DNA from: Bdellovibrionales bacterium
Lineage (GTDB): Bacteria; Bdellovibrionota; Bdellovibrionia; Bdellovibrionales; JAGQZY01
DNA length: 64,000 bases
Assembly (NCBI GenBank): GCA_965218815.1
Contig: CBDCLX010000002.1
Location: 2,457,074-2,521,073, forward strand
Direction: 5' to 3'
Shown in pieces: positions 50,864 through 59,319 of the stretch. The notes under the pieces are model-generated. The model did no database searches. It had not been told where the DNA came from and saw nothing but the letters and a program-made list of their open reading frames with translations. A program made the position numbers and the translations under genes. Each line of letters opens with the position of its first letter. The first letter of the stretch is position 1.

Positions 50864-51196
50864 TTAGATACCAGTATAGAATCCGCATCAAAACAGATTC
50901 TCTATGACTATGATGACAGTAACAGACTCACTAGAATGGGACACAGCTCAGATACTGATCCTCTGGCTATCACATTTGCCTACAGTAAACTGGATCAAAG
51001 AATACAGACCATTTATCCCAATGGAATTGTCTCTTCCTACCTCTACACCCCCGCAAAACCCAATCGGTTAAGAACACTGACTCACAAGAAAATAGTAACC
51101 CCTTTATGAAGACGGAACCCCTGGGGAAACTGTGACAACAACCCATTCCTCTTTTACCTATTCCTACAATCTCAATGATTATGTCACAAACCTTGT
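50864..51196 (+). pseudogene. Rhs/YD-repeat protein fragment, frameshifted and truncated at both ends
   Basis: My own translation: ...LYDYDDSNRLTRMGHSSDTDPLAITFAYSKLDQRIQTIYPNGIVSSYLYTPAKPNRLRTLTH...*. A second frame then reads EDGTPGETVTTTHSSFTYSYNLNDYVTNL. Both show YD-repeat periodicity. The fragment ends at the IS91 copy C terminus. Confidence 0.7.
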
Positions 51197-52960
51197 GTGT
51201 ATAAGAAGGATAAAAGATATTTTTTTAGAGATCAAGATGTATTTCCACCCCGTTTTTCATGGTTTTTCTGAGTTTTTCTGATCTTTTGCTTTACGAACTC
51301 CATTTTATGGTCATTTGACAGGAGTTTTTCTTGAGGATTTATGATTCCAAACCTGATTTGGTTGGAAAAGTGAATTTTTGAATAAGGGAATCCATCACAG
51401 AAAACCCGGGTTCTCCGTCAGAGTTCTTCAATGAACAAGATTCATGAGAAATGGAAAACCTCCTCCTCTTCAGGTGGCCCCCTTGGAGAACAGGGCTCTG
51501 GAATTCCTGACTCCAGTCCCAAGTGGGTGAGAATCTTTTTGATGACTTCAGGTCCCTCTATGGAAGAGATGACTTTGAGTTTCCCCCCACACTCCGAACA
51601 AACCTCAATGTCCATTCCAAAAACCCTTTTAAGTCTCCCGGCCCAGTTCATGGAAGAGGATTTTCCGGACTTTGTTGCTTGTTTTTCAGGGCTTTTTGTT
51701 TTTGGAGTAATCAAGGATCGATATTTGAAATTTGGGGCAAAGATTCCATGAAACCTTATGAGGTTGGTTTTTGGTCTTGGAACAAGGGAAGCCAGTCGTG
51801 AGAGAAAGTCCAGAGGGTCAAGGATAATCCTGGTGGTTCCATTCTCATAAGGGGTTTTTAACTGATAAATCACTTTCCCCCGGGAATTGAGTGAAAGTCT
51901 CTGTTCACTCAGACTTGGTCTTGAAATGTAACGACAAATCCTTTCAGGCTTTTCCCTCTGGTGAGCTTTTGTGGAAACCCCTTTATTGAGACTGAAACCG
52001 GAATATCTGGACAGAAAAGGCTTTGTTTCCCTGTGGTTTGTTTCAGAAAGGGTTTTCAGTGTCAGGGCCTTTTGCCCTTTGTGCTTGCCAAGAGCAATTC
52101 GGTAAGTAATCGATGAGGATTGGACCTGGTCCATGGCCGTGGGGTCTGGGTTTATTGATAGAAAAGCCTGATCCTCATCCCTTTGAATGAGTCCCCGTTT
52201 TTCCAGTGCCGGTGACAATGCCGGGGTTTCACAAAAGGTGGTTTCTGAAACCCTTATGTGAACAATGTTTGCCAGGAGTTTGTCGAGTTCCCGGTTTGAA
52301 GGAGGAGTTGTGAAGTGAAACTTTGATCTCGCATTCTCAAAGCTATATACTCCATCTGGAAACATCATGTGGAAATGGATATTGAGATTAAGACTTCCCC
52401 CGAAGCGTTGGATGAAGGTCACAGAACCTGTCTTTGCACCTGACTTTCTGGTCAGTCCCGCTTTTTTAATAAGGAATGTGGAAAGAGTTCTGTTGACAAG
52501 ACCCAAAACCTCTCCCATGATTTTTGGCTCTCTGGCAAACAGAAACCTCAACTCAAAGGGAAAAGTCAAAACCCATTGTCTCATGGGTTTTTTAGGAAAA
52601 ACTTCATCAACCAGATGGGTGGCACTTTCAGCCATTCTTCTGGCTCCGCAACCGGGACAAAATCCCCTTCTTTTACAACTAAAGGCCACAAGTTTTTCAT
52701 GCTTGCAGGATGTGCATTGAACCCTTGGAAACCCATGGGCCAGGACTCCGCACTTGAGAAATTCATCGAACTCCTTTTTGACAAATTTCGGAAGTCCTTG
52801 TTCATAATCCCGGTCCATTTGTTGATAGAAGTCCAGAAGATTTTCCTGGATGAGTTTGTAGAGAAGAGTTTTTTCCGGTTGATGTCGTTTGTAACTGACA
52901 GGGGGATTGGAGAAATGGGGATTGAGTAGAGCCACCAGGAAGCTGATGGCAAGACAAGAA
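51197..52960 (-). mobile_element. IS91-family element, copy C: full-length transposase gene. The upstream boundary cannot be determined from this window.
   Basis: The end downstream of the transposase gene (GTGTATAAGAAGGATAAAAG... on the plus strand) is shared with copies A and B. The upstream end has no second copy to compare against. Confidence 0.8.
51442..52935 (-). CDS. IS91-family HUH/Y2 rolling-circle transposase
   Basis: 497 aa. N-terminal Zn-binding domain (CTSCKHEKLVAFSCKRRGFCPGCGARRMAE), HUH-like LNIHFHMMFPDG, Tyr motif ICRYISRP, and C-terminal CSECGG. Confidence 0.9.
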   Translation of the reverse strand: MALLNPHFSNPPVSYKRHQPEKTLLYKLIQENLLDFYQQMDRDYEQGLPKFVKKEFDEFLKCGVLAHGFPRVQCTSCKHEKLVAFSCKRRGFCPGCGARRMAESATHLVDEVFPKKPMRQWVLTFPFELRFLFAREPKIMGEVLGLVNRTLSTFLIKKAGLTRKSGAKTGSVTFIQRFGGSLNLNIHFHMMFPDGVYSFENARSKFHFTTPPSNRELDKLLANIVHIRVSETTFCETPALSPALEKRGLIQRDEDQAFLSINPDPTAMDQVQSSSITYRIALGKHKGQKALTLKTLSETNHRETKPFLSRYSGFSLNKGVSTKAHQREKPERICRYISRPSLSEQRLSLNSRGKVIYQLKTPYENGTTRIILDPLDFLSRLASLVPRPKTNLIRFHGIFAPNFKYRSLITPKTKSPEKQATKSGKSSSMNWAGRLKRVFGMDIEVCSECGGKLKVISSIEGPEVIKKILTHLGLESGIPEPCSPRGPPEEEEVFHFS

Positions 52961-53198
52961 CCAGATCAAAGAAAAACAGGATGTGTCCTCAACTTCAGTG
53001 AGGATGAAAACCGGATCTGCAAGTAAACCCAAACTTCCACCACTGAAAAAGCGGTTCGCTCTACGACGACCTCCTCGCTTGGGTGTTCCGTCCTGCCAAT
53101 GGCCATTTCGGCTCAGTCCAGCTCATGTTCTGCAACCATGACCTGCCTTAGTGTGGCCGGATAGACTTTATCACCAATCTTAATCTTCGCAGGCTGGT

Positions 53199-53573
53199 CT
53201 ACTCCTGAGAGTTCCTGAGAGTTCCCAGCTTTTTCGAGTTGATTTTGCCCAGGTCTATGGAACACTTCCTCAAACGACGACTCAGAGTGGAATAATCGGG
53301 AACAGGCAGAGAGATTCCCATGAGTTTTAACAGACTTTCGGTAAATCCCTGGACTGAGCGAAGAGTCAGGCCAAAGTGGAAACGGATCAGGGAAATAACT
53401 TCAATAGCCGTGTCTGAGTAGACGGGTTGAAAGCCCCGTCCACCCTCAGAATTTGCAAACCAATCATTTTTTACATCTTTTGAGAACCAAAAAGTGATGG
53501 AACCCCGTTTAATGAGTTCCTTGTTGTAGGGTTTCCAGTTAATCTTTTTAAGACGCTTTCCCATAAAAACCAT
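53199..53573 (-). pseudogene. IS5-family (IS903-group-like) transposase, N-terminal fragment
   Basis: NWKPYNKELIKRGSITFWF...GGRGFQPVYSDTAIEVISLIRFHFGLTLRSVQGFTESLLKLMGISLPVPDYSTLSRRLRK. The DDE catalytic region is missing. The ORF stops inside a 10-bp tandem duplication (CCTGAGAGTT x2 at 53204-53223). Confidence 0.75.
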
Positions 53574-53692
53574 CCTTGGTTAAAACCATCCTTGGTTGTT
53601 TAAGTTTTGCTTTCAAGTTGACTTTAAACTATGGGGAGGCGTTTTTTTATGTTATTTTTGCTCCCTGGACTTTGGTGAAAACTCATTGCTTT

Positions 53693-54112
53693 ATGTGCAA
53701 CAACACCGATGCTACTTATGAACATTTTCAAATTGCATTTGATCGATTGCATCTAATACTTTCTGAACGCCAAAATTCTATTGATGCAATAATTGATGGA
53801 GTAATCGCTTGGGAATCACTTTTTGGAGAAGAACGCGATACATCATTTAAAGTATGTGGTTCTATTTTAAAATTACTTAAACCAAAAGATGAAAAATTCT
53901 ATAAAAAATTGAAAAATGTGTATTCTATAAGAAGCAGAATTGTTCATGGTGATGAGTCTAATCCATTTAACAATCCTTCAGAAGCGGAAAAAACAAAAAA
54001 TTTCGTCTGTAAGATTATTCGTGATTGTCTAGTGAAGTTAATTGATGAACATAAAGACCTAATCTCTTTAAAATCAAATGAAAGATGTAGAAAGATATTA
54101 CTTGATATATAG
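53693..54112 (+). CDS. HEPN-like (R-x4-H) domain protein, probably N-terminally truncated
   Basis: YSIRSRIVHGDE contains an R-x4-H motif in an all-helical context. AT-rich. The ORF-track start at 53576 (TTG) reads out of the IS5 fragment, so the ATG at 53693 is preferred. Confidence 0.4.
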   Translation: MCNNTDATYEHFQIAFDRLHLILSERQNSIDAIIDGVIAWESLFGEERDTSFKVCGSILKLLKPKDEKFYKKLKNVYSIRSRIVHGDESNPFNNPSEAEKTKNFVCKIIRDCLVKLIDEHKDLISLKSNERCRKILLDI

Positions 54113-54135
54113 TTTGTATTAAATTAAATAAAATC

Positions 54136-54192
54136 TGTCTGTTTCTCTGGATTTTTTGCTTTTGGAGTGATCAGGGATCGGTGTCTCAAAAC
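54136..54192 (-). mobile_element. short divergent IS91-family fragment (about 57 bp)
   Basis: TGTCTGTTTCTCTGGATTTTTTGCTTTTGGAGTGATCAGGGATCGGTGTCTCAAAA aligns with copy C positions about 51675-51730 (transposase codons ...FKYRSLITPKTKSPEK...) at roughly 80 percent by eye. Confidence 0.6.
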
Positions 54193-54292
54193 AAATCAAT
54201 CAGGGACAAGGATTTTTTTTAACCATAAAAAAATCCCTCAAGTTCATTCTAAAACAGGCCGATAGTCTTACATAAAAAATGAAACAGGGCTT

Positions 54293-54613
54293 TTGTTTGA
54301 AACTTTTGTTCTCAATGAGTTTAAAGCTATCAATTCATGGAAGTCCCATGGAGCCAGGTTTTTTTACTGGCGGACGGAATCGGGTAATGAAGTGGACCTT
54401 ATATGGAAAAAGGGATCCAGATCCATTGGATTTGAAATAAAATCCTCAAATCTCTGGAAAGAAAAATTCAACAAAGGGTTGAATGTTTTGTTAAACTCAG
54501 GGGACATCCATCGGGCTTTTGGTGTGTATCGGGGGGATCGGGCCTTGAAAATGGGTAAAATCACCGTTCTTCCTTATGCAAAAGCCATTGAAATGGCCTT
54601 GCATGGGTTTTAA
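54293..54613 (+). pseudogene. DUF4143-domain (AAA ATPase C-terminal, restriction-endonuclease-like) fragment
   Basis: FETFVLNEFKAINSWKSHGARFFYWRTESGNEVDLIWKKGSRSIGFEIKSS is the typical DUF4143 C-terminal region. The AAA N-terminal domain is absent. Confidence 0.65.
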
Positions 54614-54647
54614 AGGTGGAAAAAATTTAAAGTTTACTCAACCGGGT

Positions 54648-54705
54648 ATACTGATCGTATTTTGAAATTTCTTTTTTTGCCGATCCCGAAAAAGTTTGAA
54701 CAAGT
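54648..54705 (+). repeat. hairpin repeat family B, copy 3 (partial similarity)
   Basis: ATACTGATCGTATTTTGAAATTTC...GATCCCGAAAAAGTTTGAACAAG shares the left arm and the CCCGAAAA block with copies 1 and 2. Confidence 0.5.
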
Positions 54706-54757
54706 TTTGGATTTTAAGGGAAAAATCGGTCTTGAGACCTGAAATAAATAAATCAAA

Positions 54758-57313
54758 CTATTGACAAAAATCCAGGGATTGTAATTTTTCTTTCACTCCT
54801 CCGTAAAACTTAAAATCTTTAAGATTTTTGGAATCCGATTCCGTGGAATTGGTATTACCTGGATTGATTTCAGTGATCGTGACAGTGGGGGTTTTTATCC
54901 GGTCATTTTCAGAGTCATAAAAGTCTGAGAGTTCAATTTCAAAAACCGTGCTGACAGGAATTTGTCTGTTGTCTTTAAATTCAAGATGCAGCTTTTCAAG
55001 CTCATTCCAATTTAAATCCCTGGGGCTGTTTTCCCAGCGGGCCTGTCTGACCATAACTATAGGAAACCGGATTTTTATGGGATGATAGGCTACAGAATCA
55101 AAGGGGTTCCAGGTGTTATCACTTCGATAAGATTCCAAAGTCTCTTCACTTAAAGGACCTATACAGGAGGGAAGAGTCACATACTCCACCTTTAATCCTG
55201 TTCGTGAACCAGGGTTTTCAACCCTGTGTTTACTTCCATTGGAAGTTGTTAACTCTATGGGTTCAAAATCCGATGACAGCCCTTCTTCAAAATACACTCC
55301 ATCGATAGTGGTAAGCCCATATTCAAATCCCACAACATTGGTATAATATCCTGTATTATCGAAGTTCTTTAAATATTTTTTTAAATTTTCAATATCCTCA
55401 CTGGACACATGACCTTCAACCAAATCATAATAAGACTCATTGAAGAATTCCTCATAAATTCTTTCCCTGTTTTCTTCATTGTTCTTATAGAAATCATCCT
55501 GAACTTTGTAAAGGGTACGCAGGAAACTCTCAACCTCATTATTTTGTTTACGCCATTCCCTATCCCTCTCTACCGCCAACATCTGTTTTATTTTTTCTTT
55601 CAGTAAACCCCTATGCTCATCGGAAATCCAGGAACAATGATCCGTGGATTTATCAACCATCTCTTCGTTTTCCGGTTTATTGTAAGAGCAAATGTAATTG
55701 GAACCAAAACCCCGACCGGTTCCCCTGCCGTATGTATGACTGATGACAAGGGTTCCTTTATGATTGTCGTTCATTGCTGTGGATCCGGAGTTTCCTTTTA
55801 TGATATCGAGGCTGCAATTTCGTAAATAGGATATGGGATAGCCCCATCCAAAAGATTCAAGGATTTCAGAAAGCTCTCTTTTATCTGAAACCTCACAGGT
55901 TTTTTTTCTTATCACTCCATGAATTCCCGGTTGGCTTTGATCGGGATCAGAGGGCCAGAAAGTGACAAGCTCCCCATCAACAGATTGATCATCCCAGTTG
56001 ATCTCCAGGTACTCACGGTTGACCTCCCCTTTGACCTTAAAAATCGTCATATCCATTGTCTCCTCTGAAAATGTATCCTCTGAAGCAGGGTTCTTATTTG
56101 CGAGAGTTACCATAACCAACTCTTCACATTCATAGGTCGCAGGTTCTGAAACAGAGGTTTTTGGAAATTTGACCCAAAGAGACCCGGAACAGTTTTTACT
56201 AAAGGATAATGTTGATTCAAATACCAGATTGGAGGGAACACAGTGGGCATTGGAGGTGAAATAACCGTTGCCAATATGTGTTGCCGAACACTGAAAAACA
56301 GAAGACTGATCGTAGCCTATAAGGAGGGCCACACTTTCAGAACAGTCGTCTTCATTTTCACATTGGATTGTCGCATTATCAACAAAGGTTTTAATATCAA
56401 CTTCTTTTTCAATTTTTATATAGGGATAGGGTTTTTCATCGGGAGAACCGGGAGGATCAATAATCATTTTCCACTCTTTTTTCAGTAAAGGGGGTTGTTG
56501 AATTTCTGATGGATCCTTTTGTTGTTTATTGGGGTTTCCCGGATAGACCTGGGGGGTTCCTCCCAAAGGAGAACCAGGTATTGAACCGGAATTGGGAATG
56601 ACCGGAGAATTTGAAATGGGTTTGTTCAAACCTCCTGTATTTGTGGTCAAAAGTCCCAGTCTCACAAGCTCCGAACAACTGTTTAAAAAATGACTCTGAC
56701 AGTAGGACTCATCAAGTTTTCGCTTTTCATCATAAACAAGGATTTCCTGGTTCACAACATCCAGGGTATAACCAATGTTTCGCTTTTTGAGACTTCCCAC
56801 TTCCTTTTCAAAAAAAGACAAAACCCCCGGCGAGTCTTTTTTGACCAAATACCCGCTCATCATACTGATAGGTGCTTTATTATAGTAATTTGCTTCGTCT
56901 TTCCAGGTTTTCACCACATATTTTAATCGATTTGAACTTTCAACAATAAAATCAATACTTGAAACATAATGACCGCTAAAAGTGATTCCACCGGATATAT
57001 CAGAACCCACTGGCAAAGAAGTTGCACCTTCTATGACCCCCCCGGTATGACTGATCATGAGGTTGGTCTGGAGACCCACTTTGAAATCAATCATGGGAAT
57101 CTGGTGACAAATAATGGCAAAAGTCCCCACTTCCTTATGATTTGTTTTAATGGAGACCATTTTGACATATTCACTGTGTGATTCGGCGACAAAAACCCCG
57201 TCCAATTTTACAAAACCGGAACCATGACCCCCGTCATCGGAACTGCAACCCATCAACAGGGAAAAACAGGGAACAACCATCAATACCAACAGTTGTCTGG
57301 AAAATTGAATCAT
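54758..57313 (-). CDS. large lipoprotein with a central S1B (V8/glutamyl-endopeptidase-like) trypsin-fold serine protease domain
   Basis: Lipobox SLLMGCSSDD. Pro-rich linker. His motif CSATHIGNGYFTSNAHCV. Ser motif IIKGNSGSTAM (GNSGS as in S1B proteases). Long flanking domains of unknown function. Confidence 0.6.
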   Translation of the reverse strand: MIQFSRQLLVLMVVPCFSLLMGCSSDDGGHGSGFVKLDGVFVAESHSEYVKMVSIKTNHKEVGTFAIICHQIPMIDFKVGLQTNLMISHTGGVIEGATSLPVGSDISGGITFSGHYVSSIDFIVESSNRLKYVVKTWKDEANYYNKAPISMMSGYLVKKDSPGVLSFFEKEVGSLKKRNIGYTLDVVNQEILVYDEKRKLDESYCQSHFLNSCSELVRLGLLTTNTGGLNKPISNSPVIPNSGSIPGSPLGGTPQVYPGNPNKQQKDPSEIQQPPLLKKEWKMIIDPPGSPDEKPYPYIKIEKEVDIKTFVDNATIQCENEDDCSESVALLIGYDQSSVFQCSATHIGNGYFTSNAHCVPSNLVFESTLSFSKNCSGSLWVKFPKTSVSEPATYECEELVMVTLANKNPASEDTFSEETMDMTIFKVKGEVNREYLEINWDDQSVDGELVTFWPSDPDQSQPGIHGVIRKKTCEVSDKRELSEILESFGWGYPISYLRNCSLDIIKGNSGSTAMNDNHKGTLVISHTYGRGTGRGFGSNYICSYNKPENEEMVDKSTDHCSWISDEHRGLLKEKIKQMLAVERDREWRKQNNEVESFLRTLYKVQDDFYKNNEENRERIYEEFFNESYYDLVEGHVSSEDIENLKKYLKNFDNTGYYTNVVGFEYGLTTIDGVYFEEGLSSDFEPIELTTSNGSKHRVENPGSRTGLKVEYVTLPSCIGPLSEETLESYRSDNTWNPFDSVAYHPIKIRFPIVMVRQARWENSPRDLNWNELEKLHLEFKDNRQIPVSTVFEIELSDFYDSENDRIKTPTVTITEINPGNTNSTESDSKNLKDFKFYGGVKEKLQSLDFCQ

Positions 57314-57403
57314 GAATCTCTCCTGTTAAACAGTCACAGTGACAAATTCTGTTTGTCAGACTGAGAAAAATTGGACAATTTCCAAAGTCAAAATGACTTT
57401 ATA

Positions 57404-57754
57404 TTAAAAAATGAAACGTTCAACATCGGTGGTTTCCAGCTTGTAAAGCTCCTGGTTCAGTTGATTGAGTTCAGATGTAAGCTGCTTGTAAATGTTACCA
57501 CTGTTCTGGACTTTGATCTCCTGATTCTGACTGTCCTTATCTTTTCTGATCCGATTGTAGCGATTTTCAATATCCGCATGAATCAGAATTGTCTCACAGT
57601 TGTTTTTGGAAGACTTATGGCTCTGTTTGGCAAAACCCGGATGGGCAGGGAGCAAAAGCACTGTCACCAAGGCAAGAATCCAGGTTGTTTTTAAGGAACC
57701 ACGATAAAATAAACTTAACAATGGAAGCAGTAACACGTCCTTAAATGTAAACAA
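57404..57754 (-). CDS. small secreted coiled-coil protein, start uncertain (non-ATG)
   Basis: Signal-like TTWILALVTVLLLPAHPGFA followed by a charged helical region. It lies between two protease genes. Confidence 0.35.
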   Translation of the reverse strand: MFTFKDVLLLPLLSLFYRGSLKTTWILALVTVLLLPAHPGFAKQSHKSSKNNCETILIHADIENRYNRIRKDKDSQNQEIKVQNSGNIYKQLTSELNQLNQELYKLETTDVERFIF

Positions 57755-57955
57755 GATTTATGCCAGTTTTTCAAACCTCTGCTTTCGGCCTGTGTTTTTC
57801 ATGGAGCTTCATAGCGACACTGCCAAAACACCAATGTCACAGAGGATTTGAACCAAAAGTCACAGCCCTGATAAAAAGTACCATGAAATGTTCATAGGGT
57901 ATTCTGGAAGTTTTTTGTCCTATGAAAGTGACTTTTTTTGTTACCCAGATGTCAT

Positions 57956-59269
57956 TTATGGGCCTTGCTTTTCTTTTTTATGAAGAGCTTTTTTAAGAGA
58001 TTGACCAAAGTGACTGAGGCTTGTTTTCCCCCCTTTATTGCCACCTGTGTTAAATTCATTGGATTCAGGGTTGGATGTGTTATGAGCCATGACTCCAGAG
58101 GCCCCAACTCCCTGATCCAGCATGGATAAGGCCCGAAAGACATTGAGTTTTCGGGATGTTTTGGTTTTTGATCTTAATTGATCCAGTCGATCTCCTGTGC
58201 GTAAAATGTATCTCCGTACAGTTTTTGCATCAAAATCCCGGTTGTGAGCCATGAGAAGGGCGGCCACTCCACTGACAAAGGCCGTTGCCTGGGAGGTCCC
58301 TGTCAGTCTGCCAGTTCCTCCACCTGGAATTGTGGAATAAATATTCTCTCCGGGGGCTGCAAGGTCCACATTTTTCACTCCGTAATTACTGGAATTGAGA
58401 ACCTGGAGACTGGGGTCCAGTGCTGTCACTGAAATAATATTATCCAGCTTGTAATTAGCAGGATAATAACTGTTAAAATCTGAATTGGTGTGTTCATTCC
58501 CTGCGGCGGATACAAATAAAATTCCGGCCTTTTCTGCACGTTTGACAGACTGAAACTCAGGGTGACTGTATTCCAGACCTCCACCGGAGTAGTTGATAAT
58601 ATGGGCTTTCATCTGAACGGCATAATTAAAGGCCTTGATCGTGTTCACCAAATTATTGCCGGGAAACCTGGGGTCAAAATATTTTAAGACCATTAAACTG
58701 ACCTTGGGGGCCACCCCAACAACACCCACACGGTTCCCCCCCTCGGCTCCGATAATACCGGCGATATGGGTTCCATGGCCATGATTGTCAGCCAGATGAT
58801 TATTATTATTCACAAAGTTCCAGCCATGGACATCATCAATAAAACCGTTTCTGTCGTCATCAATTCCATTGGTTTCTTTCTTTCGACCTCTTTTATCCCG
58901 TCCTGTCTCCCCGGGATTTTTCCAAATGTTGTTCCTGAGATCAGGGTGATTGGAATCAATACCCGTATCCACAACAGCCACCACAATGTCCCGACTGCCG
59001 GTTGTGAGCTGCCAGGCATTCAGTGCATTGGACTGGGCCAAACCCCATTTTTTATAAATTTCAGGATCGTTCATGATGATGGATTGTTTATTGGATGGAA
59101 CCTGACCCGCTGTAGGGGTGTTTAACTCCATCCATCGTCCTTGTCCAAACAGCTTGCTGTTCTTCTGTTTTGAAGCCACTTTTTTACTGAGAAAGGGAAT
59201 AGGAGTCTGGGTCACCAGAGCCAGAAGCAAAAGAAAAGTGCCCACTGCCAAAAAAATTCGAACAATCAT
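57956..59269 (-). CDS. secreted subtilisin-family (S8) serine peptidase
   Basis: Catalytic triad motifs VAVVDTGIDSNHPDL, HGTHIAGIIGA and GTSQATAFVSGVAAL. N-terminal signal peptide. Confidence 0.9.
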   Translation of the reverse strand: MIVRIFLAVGTFLLLLALVTQTPIPFLSKKVASKQKNSKLFGQGRWMELNTPTAGQVPSNKQSIIMNDPEIYKKWGLAQSNALNAWQLTTGSRDIVVAVVDTGIDSNHPDLRNNIWKNPGETGRDKRGRKKETNGIDDDRNGFIDDVHGWNFVNNNNHLADNHGHGTHIAGIIGAEGGNRVGVVGVAPKVSLMVLKYFDPRFPGNNLVNTIKAFNYAVQMKAHIINYSGGGLEYSHPEFQSVKRAEKAGILFVSAAGNEHTNSDFNSYYPANYKLDNIISVTALDPSLQVLNSSNYGVKNVDLAAPGENIYSTIPGGGTGRLTGTSQATAFVSGVAALLMAHNRDFDAKTVRRYILRTGDRLDQLRSKTKTSRKLNVFRALSMLDQGVGASGVMAHNTSNPESNEFNTGGNKGGKTSLSHFGQSLKKALHKKEKQGP

Positions 59270-59319
59270 GATTATAGGATATACTGATTTGGTTTCTGTT
59301 TTCCAGTTCTTTTTCTGTC

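Noticed and set aside
53204-53223. A 10-bp tandem duplication (CCTGAGAGTT x2) at the stop of the IS5 fragment, considered as a programmed frameshift site.
   Set aside because: Removing one unit does not restore a longer transposase frame in my hand translation. This is consistent with plain decay.
57793-57826. A possible degenerate MITE left-arm relic (GTTTTTCATGGAGCTTCATAGCGACACTGCCAAAA).
   Set aside because: Only about two thirds identity by hand alignment, with no terminal CCCGAAC motif. This is too weak to call without a statistical alignment.
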